A stretch of 64,000 nt of DNA from positions 96,001 to 160,000 of IMG/VR virus record IMGVR_UViG_3300026488_000012; one strand, 5' to 3'. Below are positions 1 to 9,919 of this stretch, one piece after another. The notes beneath the pieces were generated by a model. The model worked only from the letters and a program-made list of their open reading frames with translations, had not been told where the DNA came from and searched no databases. This DNA comes from a virus. Within the stretch, counting starts at the first letter, position 1. The number at the start of each line of letters is the position of its first letter. Made by a program: the position numbers and the translations under genes.

Positions 1-1191
1 TTCAGAGCGATAACTGATCTATTTGAAAATACTAAAGATTTTGCTAATGACCCTAGTCTATTAGTAAAGAAATATCCAGATTTAATATTTAGCGGAAGAA
101 TAACTAAGGTTGTATCAGATAGAATAATAAGACCTGTTATAGTTATATCCGATAAGTTAAAATATATGGATAAAAAGGACCTTACTAATATAATTAAGTT
201 TAATATAAATATGTATGGAGCGTATCTATTACAGGCTATAAAAATATTAGCCAACATCTACAATGTCGACGTATCTATGTTATCCAGAGTAATGACTAAT
301 AGAAGTATGTTTAAGACTATATACAAAATTACTAAGGATATGAATCCGGGTACTGAGAGTAATGAAGATAATCTAACATCTATTATACTTAAAGAATATG
401 GTAACAAACTTACAGCTGGTATTTTAGATAACGATGAAGATGAGATAGATGAAGTAGAAGAGGATAGAGATGAGAAACCTTCTAGTAGGACTAAAACATC
501 CAGTAAAGTTGATTTTAAGACGGTAGACCCAAAATCACTAGGAACACCAGAAGAACTATTTAAAGTAATAGAACTTGATTTAGTTGTTAAGAAAGATGTA
601 GATGGCGATAAGTCAGAGATTAAAGTTAGTTTACCGTTTATCATAGCTCCTATTATAGTCTATACTGATTCTGAAACATTCCTTAGAAACGTTTTAGGTA
701 ATGAAAGTAAAGAATCTTTTTCATATAGATGGTTACAGTATAAATCAGGAGAAATTAATCTATCTGATTTAATATTTGCATCCGACCTAATTAGAGAGTA
801 TAAAGAAAATAAAATAAGGAATAAAAACGACGTAGCTAAACTTATACAGGATAACTTATATTCAGAAAGTATGCATAGTGTTATAACAAGAGAGGGTAGT
901 TTTGCTACTTATAATCAAATCTATATCTTTGATAGGTCAGATCAATACCTAGTAGAGGAGCTGATACAAGATAATTTATTAGACCCTGAAGTATGGCAAG
1001 ATTTAGCTTTATCTTTAAAAGCATTTAGTATCAACTTCGTAGACAACGACGAAGAAGCGTTATTGAATTATATAACTGATATGCCTACTTATAACGTATT
1101 AACCTTTAGACAGATTAAAAAAGATACTAATAAAAACGATGACTTAATAGAGCTTATGAAAGCTATGTTAGTTAATAAAAATCCATTTTAA
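1..1191 (+). CDS. Virion head protein, phiKZ gp89-like; 5-prime truncated by the window edge
   Basis: Frame 1 is open from base 1 (FRAITDLFENTKDF...RIIRPVIVISDKLKY-MDKKDL), so the gene starts before the window rather than at 166. The GAYLLQAI segment and the position before the inner-head cluster recall phiKZ gp89-family proteins. Confidence 0.55.
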   Translation, partial: FRAITDLFENTKDFANDPSLLVKKYPDLIFSGRITKVVSDRIIRPVIVISDKLKYMDKKDLTNIIKFNINMYGAYLLQAIKILANIYNVDVSMLSRVMTNRSMFKTIYKITKDMNPGTESNEDNLTSIILKEYGNKLTAGILDNDEDEIDEVEEDRDEKPSSRTKTSSKVDFKTVDPKSLGTPEELFKVIELDLVVKKDVDGDKSEIKVSLPFIIAPIIVYTDSETFLRNVLGNESKESFSYRWLQYKSGEINLSDLIFASDLIREYKENKIRNKNDVAKLIQDNLYSESMHSVITREGSFATYNQIYIFDRSDQYLVEELIQDNLLDPEVWQDLALSLKAFSINFVDNDEEALLNYITDMPTYNVLTFRQIKKDTNKNDDLIELMKAMLVNKNPF

Positions 1192-1207
1192 TAGAAAGGA
1201 ATAAACG

Positions 1208-2221
1208 ATGGCTACTTTTAGAAAATATAGACGTCCAAGTAGAAGTTACAATAAAAAAACAGTTTTTAAAGTTCTAAGCAAGGACCAGATAGAGTATATG
1301 TTAAACCTGTTAAAAATGGAAGGACCTATTTATCTTAAAACTATAGAAGAACTTAAAGATATAGCTAAGAAACATAATCTAACCATCTTAGCTGGTATGG
1401 GTGTTAGAAAAAAATTTAAGAATGATTACGAGGTATTAGACTTTTTAGAAGAACTTGTTAAGATATTTATAAAATATAGCGATGATATAAAATCCAAGAT
1501 AGATGAAGAGTTACCTGAGACTATAAATCTTTACTCAGATAACCTTAACATTTCTACAGCTGTGTATCTTCTAACTATTATAAGCGATATACTATACATG
1601 CCTAGGTTATTAGACACGATTATAAGTATGTATGATAACGCTTTAAATAAAAAAGTTACTCTTTTTAAAGTAAGGGATAAAGTATTCCTTAACAAGATAC
1701 TATTTAACTTAGAGGAACTATATATTAACGATATGTTAAACAGTAAAAACATAAGCGCTATTATTGATAGTATAGGTAACTATCCATCTACTAACGTATT
1801 AAGTAACTCTGTTCCACTTAAGATAAGGAATGAGATAATCTCAGGAATTCTTGGTAGTAACAAATTAGGTAAAATCTTATCTACTATACTATCAAGCTTT
1901 AAAGTAGCTTCCAGTGATAAATATACTCTACATTACGATAGTTTAACAAGAAATAAAAACCTTAAAGCAGGGTTTGCTGGTAATCCTATTTATTACATTA
2001 GGAAAATTATAGCTGATTTAGAAATTAACAGATATGAAAAAAGAAAACTGGAAAAGAAAAAACTTGAATTACAGTTACAGTATATAAAAGAGAAAGCTTC
2101 TAAAGAAATGGACCCTAAAAAAGCTGAAATTTATAAAAAGCAAATAGAAATATTAGAAGATAAGATTGAAAAGTTAGAAGCTAAACAACGTATGTTCGAA
2201 GATAAGTTATCTAGAAAATAG
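1208..2221 (+). CDS. Virion head structural protein, phiKZ gp90/gp92-like
   Basis: SD aaagga. C-terminal coiled coil INRYEKRKLEKKKLELQLQYIKEK...IEILEDKIEKLEAK resembles the C-terminus of this phiKZ head-protein family; located in the head cluster. Confidence 0.55.
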   Translation: MATFRKYRRPSRSYNKKTVFKVLSKDQIEYMLNLLKMEGPIYLKTIEELKDIAKKHNLTILAGMGVRKKFKNDYEVLDFLEELVKIFIKYSDDIKSKIDEELPETINLYSDNLNISTAVYLLTIISDILYMPRLLDTIISMYDNALNKKVTLFKVRDKVFLNKILFNLEELYINDMLNSKNISAIIDSIGNYPSTNVLSNSVPLKIRNEIISGILGSNKLGKILSTILSSFKVASSDKYTLHYDSLTRNKNLKAGFAGNPIYYIRKIIADLEINRYEKRKLEKKKLELQLQYIKEKASKEMDPKKAEIYKKQIEILEDKIEKLEAKQRMFEDKLSRK

Positions 2222-2232
2222 AAAAAAAGGAG

Positions 2233-4581
2233 ATGATGATGAAATTTTTAGATATGGACGCTACAGTAGATGACGCTACTGTAGCGTCTTCTTATAACGA
2301 AGAAGACTATATAATTAAAGACGTAGGTGAAGCCCTTGTTTTACTTAAAGCGGTAGATGATGTTCAAACAGGATTAGAAGAGATAGATGCAACTGAGAAT
2401 GCATTAGGTAAATCGATGGAAGCGTTAGCTTTAGCTACTGAGCTATGGATGGAGTATTCATCGATAAGTCCTGGTTTGGAAGATAGTTATGCTATAGAAG
2501 ATAAAACTAATAAGCTATTCCAACTTACTGACGAGTTAAATATAGAATTACCTCCATCTGCGGGTATGTTAGACAGCGATAAGGATGACGAAAGTAACAC
2601 TAACATCATCTTTAAAATATTAAAGGGTATATGGGATTTTGTAATTAGGATAGTTAGAGGATTTATAAGTCTTATACGTAGAATAATTAGAGGATTTATA
2701 ACTATAGTTAAAAAGATATTCGGTATAAATGACGTCTATGAAAAAGCAGAGAAAAAGAAAGAAGAAGATTTATCCAGACTTGCTGGTGGAGGAGGAGGTT
2801 TCTCCATAGGAGGCGTATCTAGATCAGGAGGTAGTTCTAGTAGCGAAAAAGCTGAGAAGGTAGTAGAAGAAAATAAAACAAAAACAGAAGAAGCTAAGAA
2901 GATATCTGAAAGCGTAGATAAAGCAACCGAGACTAAAAAACCAGAAGAAGCAGATGTGACTAAAACAGGTGTAAAGTCTATAGACGAAGCTATAGAGGAA
3001 TTAGAGAAAATGCCACAAGAGTTTAAAGACGATATATTAGAAGCAGCTAACGACATAGTTAGAAGAACTAAAAAATTAATCTATGAACACTTCAGAGCTA
3101 CATATAGCGGTACCAAGTATAGCATAAAACATATACAGACTTCTTTAGCATTTCCATACATACATGCTTGTTATCTAGCCGCTACTATTAACACATATGT
3201 AGATGTTATAGAATCTCATAAATACGTTAACGGTAGGACAACACTAAACGACTTTATTTCCAGTATAAACGGTAGATTAGCAGAAATAGAAAAAGTACTA
3301 GATGAAAAAAGGATACGTTCTTTTATAACTAACGATGAGTACAGTAACATATATGAGCTTATAGATACGTTAAATAAAGTATTAGGTTATACAGATACTC
3401 GTGAGTTTGCTAATGGTAGAACTATAAGAGGTGAGTTATCTGTTTTAGACTTACTATTTATTCTTATGGGATTCTTGGAAGAAGAGGCTGGTTACATAAT
3501 GGATAACAAATTCACAGAAGTTGTAAGTCCTATTAATGAAGCATTTAGAGGAAGTTTAACTCCTTTAATTAAATTTGAACATACAGCTGGTGATAGTTTA
3601 AAGAATTTAGAAAAAGAGATATTTAACAAGATAGGGTTTAAACTTGTGGATAATAAATACTACGTAGGTAAGATGGGAGATGTTAGACGTTATCTATCAG
3701 GTTCTTTTGAAAAGATAAAAGATAACGAAGAAATAAAGATAGATGTTCTGTCTATAAACGGTAATATACTACATATATTCGTAATTCCTAAAGAGGTTAA
3801 TCTTACGATAGATTACGAACCAGAGTTTATGAAAATGAGGATAAGCTTTAGTACCTTAATGAAGGAACGAAAAGGTGATTTAAAACTAATTAAAAAAGAT
3901 TTAAGAGAGTATATAAGATATATAAAAGACGTTAATGATTATTTACAAAGTTTCTTTGCTACTGTACGTGTAGGCAACTTTGTCATAACGGAAGATTTAT
4001 TCGATTATGATAGTATAACGTTACCAGGGTACGAAAATCCAAGAACTTATGAAGACATTAAAAGTATATTTGGTTATTTACAAAAGGTAAGTTTTCCTAG
4101 AATAAGAGACGAATTAGGGCTAGGAAAAGTACCTATAAATATGGTAGAGGATATGTTGGAAAACAGTATTTTAGCTAATTTAGACAAGTTAGAGAAGACA
4201 GTTGAAAGACTTGATAAATTAATAAAACGTTCTATTAAGTATACGTATAAATTAAACGTTAGAAAAAGTAAAGAGGAATATAAGAAAAATCCTATTTATG
4301 TAGATGGTAAGCCTATGTCTTATAACGAATATCTGGAATGGAAGAGATCAATTATAAATGAATTAACAGGTCTATATGTTAATGTCTCCGTTAGTATAAA
4401 ACAGGTTATATCTTCAGTACTAACTAAGTTTATTAAAAACATAGTTATGATGGCTGTTACTGATTTAAGAGTGATATTAGATAACCCTAATTTAATAAAG
4501 GCATACTACATAGACTTAGATGCAGAGAAAGCGTTTTTAGACAAATATTATAAATACTTAGAGGAAAGGGAGAAAGTATGA
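2233..4581 (+). CDS. Inner head / ejection protein, paralog 1 (phiKZ gp93-gp97 type)
   Basis: Acidic propeptide with G-x-E motifs (TGLEE, PGLED) followed by the amphipathic helix IIFKILKGIWDFVIRIVRGFISLIRRII; N-terminus MKFLDMD is shared with the next two genes. Confidence 0.65.
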   Translation: MMMKFLDMDATVDDATVASSYNEEDYIIKDVGEALVLLKAVDDVQTGLEEIDATENALGKSMEALALATELWMEYSSISPGLEDSYAIEDKTNKLFQLTDELNIELPPSAGMLDSDKDDESNTNIIFKILKGIWDFVIRIVRGFISLIRRIIRGFITIVKKIFGINDVYEKAEKKKEEDLSRLAGGGGGFSIGGVSRSGGSSSSEKAEKVVEENKTKTEEAKKISESVDKATETKKPEEADVTKTGVKSIDEAIEELEKMPQEFKDDILEAANDIVRRTKKLIYEHFRATYSGTKYSIKHIQTSLAFPYIHACYLAATINTYVDVIESHKYVNGRTTLNDFISSINGRLAEIEKVLDEKRIRSFITNDEYSNIYELIDTLNKVLGYTDTREFANGRTIRGELSVLDLLFILMGFLEEEAGYIMDNKFTEVVSPINEAFRGSLTPLIKFEHTAGDSLKNLEKEIFNKIGFKLVDNKYYVGKMGDVRRYLSGSFEKIKDNEEIKIDVLSINGNILHIFVIPKEVNLTIDYEPEFMKMRISFSTLMKERKGDLKLIKKDLREYIRYIKDVNDYLQSFFATVRVGNFVITEDLFDYDSITLPGYENPRTYEDIKSIFGYLQKVSFPRIRDELGLGKVPINMVEDMLENSILANLDKLEKTVERLDKLIKRSIKYTYKLNVRKSKEEYKKNPIYVDGKPMSYNEYLEWKRSIINELTGLYVNVSVSIKQVISSVLTKFIKNIVMMAVTDLRVILDNPNLIKAYYIDLDAEKAFLDKYYKYLEEREKV

Positions 4582-5894
4582 AATTCTTAGACTTAGACTC
4601 TCAGTATAGGGAGAGTGAAAGAATTGTTTTAAAAGAAGTAGAAACTGCAAAAGAGTTACTAAACGACTACCTTGAACATAGTCTAAGTGATATAGAACTT
4701 AAAAGGGAAATAAACTCAGGTATAGAGGAACTAGATTATTTATTAACGCTTATAAATAAAGAAGGAATAACAAGTCCTTCTGTTTTTGCTTATACTGGGA
4801 TTAATATATCATATGGTACTGAAGATGCCGATGCTATGGTTGAATCAGCTAAGAGAATAGCTAAAGGTATATTTAAGTTTATTTTAAAGATTTTAGATAG
4901 GATATTAACGTTTGTTTCCAGTTTCTTTAATAAAGGTATATCATTAACAGAGAAATTATATCTGGCAGCTATTATACGTTACAGAGATATATTAGGTAAA
5001 AAAATAGATGAAAAGAATGGAAACAAAAATCAACCTCTGGATTTAAAAGAATTTAAGTTTAAATCTATAGTTAAGTATAAGGACTTCTTTATACTAACCG
5101 CATTAAAGAACAACAATACTATAGACCCTACTATGACTATGGAATATGTTAGGTCCACTCTAACTCTTTTTACAGATAATGTTATTACGTTTGATAATAC
5201 AGTAGATAGTCTAAACAATATAGTCAAAGGTATGAAGAACGACACAGTTAACGATAATACTTTAGTAGGTTATCTTGTAGAAAAGAATAAATCGATTATA
5301 CACGCATTGAGTCCTTTAAAAACTATGTTTAATAGAAATGACCTACTTAAGAAAATAATAGAAGAGGGTATGAAAAATAGAAAAGATGGTTTTGAAGTAT
5401 TTGTTATACCGTTTCCATTAAAAGGTATAGAAAACGGAAGTGTTAAATATCTTAAGGTATCTATCGTTAAACCTGAAACTTTATCTAAAATGAAAGCAGA
5501 TGAAATCAAAGGTCTAGACGACTTATACATAACAAAAGAGGAAGCTCTCGAATTAAGTAAACTCGGTATTAACATAGATAAGGTAGAAAACATTAAGATA
5601 AAATCTATGTCTTACAATGAAATCGATAACGTAGTAACTGCGTTTCAGGAAGCTAGTGAGAAGATTAAGAAGAAACTAAATGGGGATAAGATAGTTAAGA
5701 AGATAGAGAAACTAAGAAAAGCTACTATAGCAGTAGAATCAGGTAACTTCGATAGTAAGACATCTGGGATTAAAGTACAATATTATAATGCTGTACTAAA
5801 AACAGCAGTAGCGTTATTAGAATCTAGTAAAGAAATATATAAAAGCGGATATTGTGAGTCTCTTAAAAACTACATTATGGCTCACGAATATTAA
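4578..5894 (+). CDS. Inner head / ejection protein, paralog 2
   Basis: MKFLDLD start, SGIEE and YGTED motifs, then amphipathic helix IAKGIFKFILKILDRILTFVSSFF; ATGA overlap with the upstream gene. Confidence 0.65.
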   Translation: MKFLDLDSQYRESERIVLKEVETAKELLNDYLEHSLSDIELKREINSGIEELDYLLTLINKEGITSPSVFAYTGINISYGTEDADAMVESAKRIAKGIFKFILKILDRILTFVSSFFNKGISLTEKLYLAAIIRYRDILGKKIDEKNGNKNQPLDLKEFKFKSIVKYKDFFILTALKNNNTIDPTMTMEYVRSTLTLFTDNVITFDNTVDSLNNIVKGMKNDTVNDNTLVGYLVEKNKSIIHALSPLKTMFNRNDLLKKIIEEGMKNRKDGFEVFVIPFPLKGIENGSVKYLKVSIVKPETLSKMKADEIKGLDDLYITKEEALELSKLGINIDKVENIKIKSMSYNEIDNVVTAFQEASEKIKKKLNGDKIVKKIEKLRKATIAVESGNFDSKTSGIKVQYYNAVLKTAVALLESSKEIYKSGYCESLKNYIMAHEY

Positions 5895-5959
5895 AAAATT
5901 CTTTAATAGGAAAGTCGACATATTTTGATATTTTAAATCAAAAAAACAAGGAGAACAAA

Positions 5960-7498
5960 ATGAGATTTTTAGATTTAGACTTAAGAGATGACAGATTCAT
6001 AGGTAAAGATGATATCGACCCAGCTATCGTGGCGTTAGAGATCGGTGCAGGACTTAACGACCTAAATATGGAAATGGTTAAACTTGAAATGTTAGGTAGA
6101 GCTGAAGAAGCACTTGCTGAAAGTATTGATTTAGACGAACAAATCGCAGCACAAGGTGTTGCTAATAAAGCTACAGTAACATACGGTATTGAAAGTTTAG
6201 CTATTACTGCGACATTTCTAGGTGTAGACATTCCTGTAGAAGAAGTAGCTGCAGGTATTGAAGACAATGACCAAGAAGGAGCAGCTTCTACTAAGAAAGG
6301 ATTCCTAGATAAAGTTGTTGAAGGAATTAAAAAAGTAATTAAGAAAATTATAGAGTTCGTTAAAAAACTTGTTGATAAAGTTAAAAGCTTTTTCGAAAGC
6401 AAACAACTAGAAAATGTAGCTAAAAAAGCTGAAGAAACTGCTGAGAAACTAGAAGAGAAAGGTGTTACTGAAGTAAAAGATTGTAACCTTGATGACGAAG
6501 ATGTAGAGAAAGCATTCTTTAAAGTAGTTAAAGAAGTACCTGAATATCTATACGCTGGTGGTAAACTAGAATCTATTCCTGATGTTGAAAAAATGGTTAA
6601 CTGGTATGTTGATAAAGAAGTAGTTAACTTCTATAAAAAACTACACGAAATGATTAAAAACTTCAACCCTAAAGGTGCAATGGGAGATTTATTAAAGGCT
6701 CTTAAAGAAGCAGAGACTGGCTGTAACAACAATACTGAAGAGAAATGTAAAAAGAATTCTGAAGTATCTAAACAATTTAAAGACTTAGTTGCAAAAACAA
6801 TTAAACTTGCTAAAGATTTAGATGTGAAATTCACAGGTATTAACAAATTTGTCGTCGATGAACTTAATGGTAAAGCAGGTAAAAGACTTGCTAAACTTGA
6901 AAAACAAAATGGAATTAAATATAAATCAATTCTAATTCCAGGTAGTACAACTATTACAGCTGATGACAAAAATAGGGACGAAATTAAACTTAGAATACAA
7001 GGAACTTTATACCATATTCCATCTGATATTGACGCTGTTGCTGAAGAATTCGAAAATAAAAAATTCAGTAAAGAAGCAGTTGAGAAATTACTGAAATTAA
7101 TTAAATGGCAAACAGAAGCTATAGATAAAGAATTTACTATCAGCACTGAAAAACTTTACAAAAACGTTAAACCTTTAAGTGTTAAAGAACTAATGGATTA
7201 TAGTAAAGTAACTGAGTTCTATAGAGAGCAGGCTAGTAGTATCGCTACAGACATTAAAAATATATCTGATAAGGTCAAAGCAGAAATAGAAGATATAGAA
7301 GAAAAATTAAATACAGAAATGGGTAAAACAGGTGCAGGTACTAAAGCTGATATTCCGATACTAAGCAATGTAAAAAGTATAGTACAGGCAGTCGGTGACA
7401 AGACTTCTACGTTTACTAAAGATACAGGAAAAGTTACAAAAGCTATATCAGCTTACGCTGAATTACCAAAAGTTTGTTCAAAAATTTCTCTTGATTAA
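5960..7498 (+). CDS. Inner head / ejection protein, paralog 3
   Basis: MRFLDLD start, YGIES and AGIED motifs, amphipathic helix FLDKVVEGIKKVIKKIIEFVKKLVDKVKSFF; SD aaggag; followed by a terminator. Confidence 0.65.
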   Translation: MRFLDLDLRDDRFIGKDDIDPAIVALEIGAGLNDLNMEMVKLEMLGRAEEALAESIDLDEQIAAQGVANKATVTYGIESLAITATFLGVDIPVEEVAAGIEDNDQEGAASTKKGFLDKVVEGIKKVIKKIIEFVKKLVDKVKSFFESKQLENVAKKAEETAEKLEEKGVTEVKDCNLDDEDVEKAFFKVVKEVPEYLYAGGKLESIPDVEKMVNWYVDKEVVNFYKKLHEMIKNFNPKGAMGDLLKALKEAETGCNNNTEEKCKKNSEVSKQFKDLVAKTIKLAKDLDVKFTGINKFVVDELNGKAGKRLAKLEKQNGIKYKSILIPGSTTITADDKNRDEIKLRIQGTLYHIPSDIDAVAEEFENKKFSKEAVEKLLKLIKWQTEAIDKEFTISTEKLYKNVKPLSVKELMDYSKVTEFYREQASSIATDIKNISDKVKAEIEDIEEKLNTEMGKTGAGTKADIPILSNVKSIVQAVGDKTSTFTKDTGKVTKAISAYAELPKVCSKISLD

Positions 7499-7503
7499 TA
7501 AAC

Positions 7504-7531
7504 TAGATAACGGACTATAGTCCGTTATCTA
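7504..7531 (+). terminator. Intrinsic terminator, perfect 28-bp palindrome
   Basis: tagataacggacta|tagtccgttatcta directly after the stop codon, followed by a T-rich tract. Confidence 0.8.
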
Positions 7532-7569
7532 TTATCTTTTTTCATTGAGAAAACATTCAAGGAGTTTAT

Positions 7570-8106
7570 ATGTTAAATATGTTAAAAAAAACTAATAACG
7601 CGATTACGCCGAAAGTAATTAATTTACCTTTATTTTTTAAATTTAAAGACAAATACGAGAATCCTTTTATAAGTAATTTTTATTACGATATGACAGATAG
7701 TATTGTAATGGGATTAGCAAAGACGTTAGAGTTAATAATAAATGATGAAGAGCTTAATGGATATATTTTTAAAAATAAACCGTTTATAACTAATAATGCT
7801 TTAAGTAAATTAGTCGACACAGTATACACTAATACTACGGATGTATTTGCTAATGATTATAATTTACAAACAGAATTCAAAAATGTATTAAAAGATTTGT
7901 CTAAGGTATTTGAAAACAATATAACCAGTAAAGACCACTGGGAAGTGTATATACTAAAGGTAATTAACCTCTATAATCAGTCTACATTAAAACTCTTTGA
8001 TAAGTGTAGAAGTCTTAACGATGATTATAAACACTACAACGATGTTCTAGTGTATCTATTAGGACAGCTTACAAATAGAGAAATAATAGAGAGTGTAGTA
8101 GGATAG
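7570..8106 (+). CDS. Hypothetical protein
   Basis: 178-aa ORF with SD aaggag; no recognisable motif. Confidence 0.7.
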   Translation: MLNMLKKTNNAITPKVINLPLFFKFKDKYENPFISNFYYDMTDSIVMGLAKTLELIINDEELNGYIFKNKPFITNNALSKLVDTVYTNTTDVFANDYNLQTEFKNVLKDLSKVFENNITSKDHWEVYILKVINLYNQSTLKLFDKCRSLNDDYKHYNDVLVYLLGQLTNREIIESVVG

Positions 8107-8161
8107 TCCTACTACACTTATATGCTTTTGTTTTTGATGAAAACACTATTAGGAGTTATCT

Positions 8162-9916
8162 ATGATTATAGCTAGAGTACCTTTGAACAATTTAGAATAT
8201 ACTATATATAAACCACTTATAACATCGGTTGTTAAGTCTTTTTCTATAAAATACTTAAAAGACCCTGATCCTTATTTAACATTTACAGCTGATGCCGATG
8301 TTTTCGGTTCAGGTATGTATGATACCGATTACTCCACGCAATACCAGAAAAGATTTATAGACGTAACATATGAGGTCAGACATGATGATGAAGGCAGTAT
8401 CGTTAATAGTATTAGATTTAACGACGGTTTAGTTTTATTCGACGATAAAGATTTGAAATACTTTAAAATCTTTGGAGAACCTATATCACATACTTTTAAT
8501 TTAACACTTAAGATAAGAAGTAGATTTAAAAATGAACTTAAGCAATTACTTAACCATTTTCAGATGGGTCAGATAGATGATGTTAACTATTTAGTAACAG
8601 ATGCAGATGTATTTTTCTCCATACCTAATAACCTATTAGACTTAGTTAGAAATATCTGCTATTTAAAGTATAACGACGAAGAACTATGGTTCAAATATTT
8701 TACTAAGTTTTCTACTATAGAACTTGATTTCTTAAATAGTAAATCAGGGAAGAAACAACTGCCTATATATCGTATAAAATATAAGGATTTAGCTATCCCA
8801 TTTTCAGCAGAGTTCTTAGATAAAGAAATAGAAAGAGAAGATGGATGGTTTTCTATAGAGATAGGTCTAAGGTTTAATTTAGACATAATAACATCTTTAA
8901 AAGTTCAATATCCTATACTAGTAGCTAACAGACCTATAGAAAAGAGGTTTATAATAATACCAGATAGACTTATAGAGTCAGTAGCATTACCTATAGAAAG
9001 GTCTCTTTACAACGATAAACTTATAAACACTTATTTGGAAAGAGTTAATAACCTCGTTTATAAAAAGATGCGAGAGTTAATGAACACTATAGATGTTGAT
9101 AAGTACATTAAAATATTTAAAGACATAGAAGACGATTATGATATCTTATTCGATTATAAAAAGAAGATAGAAGAATTACATAGCTTAGATAAGAATGTCA
9201 CTAATTATAACAAACTAAAAGAATTAATATTGGAAGCTATACATAAAGATATTAGTAAATACCTAGATACGTTCTATAGATTAAAGAACAATTTAAAAAG
9301 GGTATATCCTATCTATGATATTTGGAGAAACTATCTTACTTATAACGGGTATGAAGTTATTAACGTTTTATTATTACGTATTAGTCCTCGTTCTATGGTT
9401 TACCTTAATCTATACGAGTTATTAAACTTAGGATATAGTAAGGATGTTATTGACTACATCATCGACAATCATAGCTCAGAGATATTTAAATTAAAGGGGT
9501 CGGTATTTCATATGGAAATCTATATAGACGATTTACCATATAAGTATCTAGAAATAGTTAAGGAAGATACATATATAGAAGATTTAGATTTAGAGCTTAA
9601 GAGAGGAGATTTGATAGATAAAAGGATATTAGATCATAATCTAAATAACGAGGATCGTGTATATATAGACTTAAGACCAGTTTATCATTTGGTTATACGT
9701 ATCGCTAATGATTTTAGAAATATTAACTATAAAGTCAATACTGAGTATTTTAGTGTCTTAGGTCAGTTCTTTGCTATTAGAGACATAGAGAACTATTATC
9801 TTATGTCAGATAGGTCTATAATGAAAACAATCAACGCTTTAACTATAACGGCATTATCCGCTAGAGAAATGAGTCCTTTACTGTTAGAAGCTGTAAAAGA
9901 TATGAATAAGGAGTAA
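8162..9916 (+). CDS. Putative virion structural protein (phiKZ-like tail/neck region)
   Basis: 584-aa ORF with SD aggag; function inferred only from its position after the head cluster. Confidence 0.45.
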   Translation: MIIARVPLNNLEYTIYKPLITSVVKSFSIKYLKDPDPYLTFTADADVFGSGMYDTDYSTQYQKRFIDVTYEVRHDDEGSIVNSIRFNDGLVLFDDKDLKYFKIFGEPISHTFNLTLKIRSRFKNELKQLLNHFQMGQIDDVNYLVTDADVFFSIPNNLLDLVRNICYLKYNDEELWFKYFTKFSTIELDFLNSKSGKKQLPIYRIKYKDLAIPFSAEFLDKEIEREDGWFSIEIGLRFNLDIITSLKVQYPILVANRPIEKRFIIIPDRLIESVALPIERSLYNDKLINTYLERVNNLVYKKMRELMNTIDVDKYIKIFKDIEDDYDILFDYKKKIEELHSLDKNVTNYNKLKELILEAIHKDISKYLDTFYRLKNNLKRVYPIYDIWRNYLTYNGYEVINVLLLRISPRSMVYLNLYELLNLGYSKDVIDYIIDNHSSEIFKLKGSVFHMEIYIDDLPYKYLEIVKEDTYIEDLDLELKRGDLIDKRILDHNLNNEDRVYIDLRPVYHLVIRIANDFRNINYKVNTEYFSVLGQFFAIRDIENYYLMSDRSIMKTINALTITALSAREMSPLLLEAVKDMNKE

Positions 9917-9919
9917 TAA

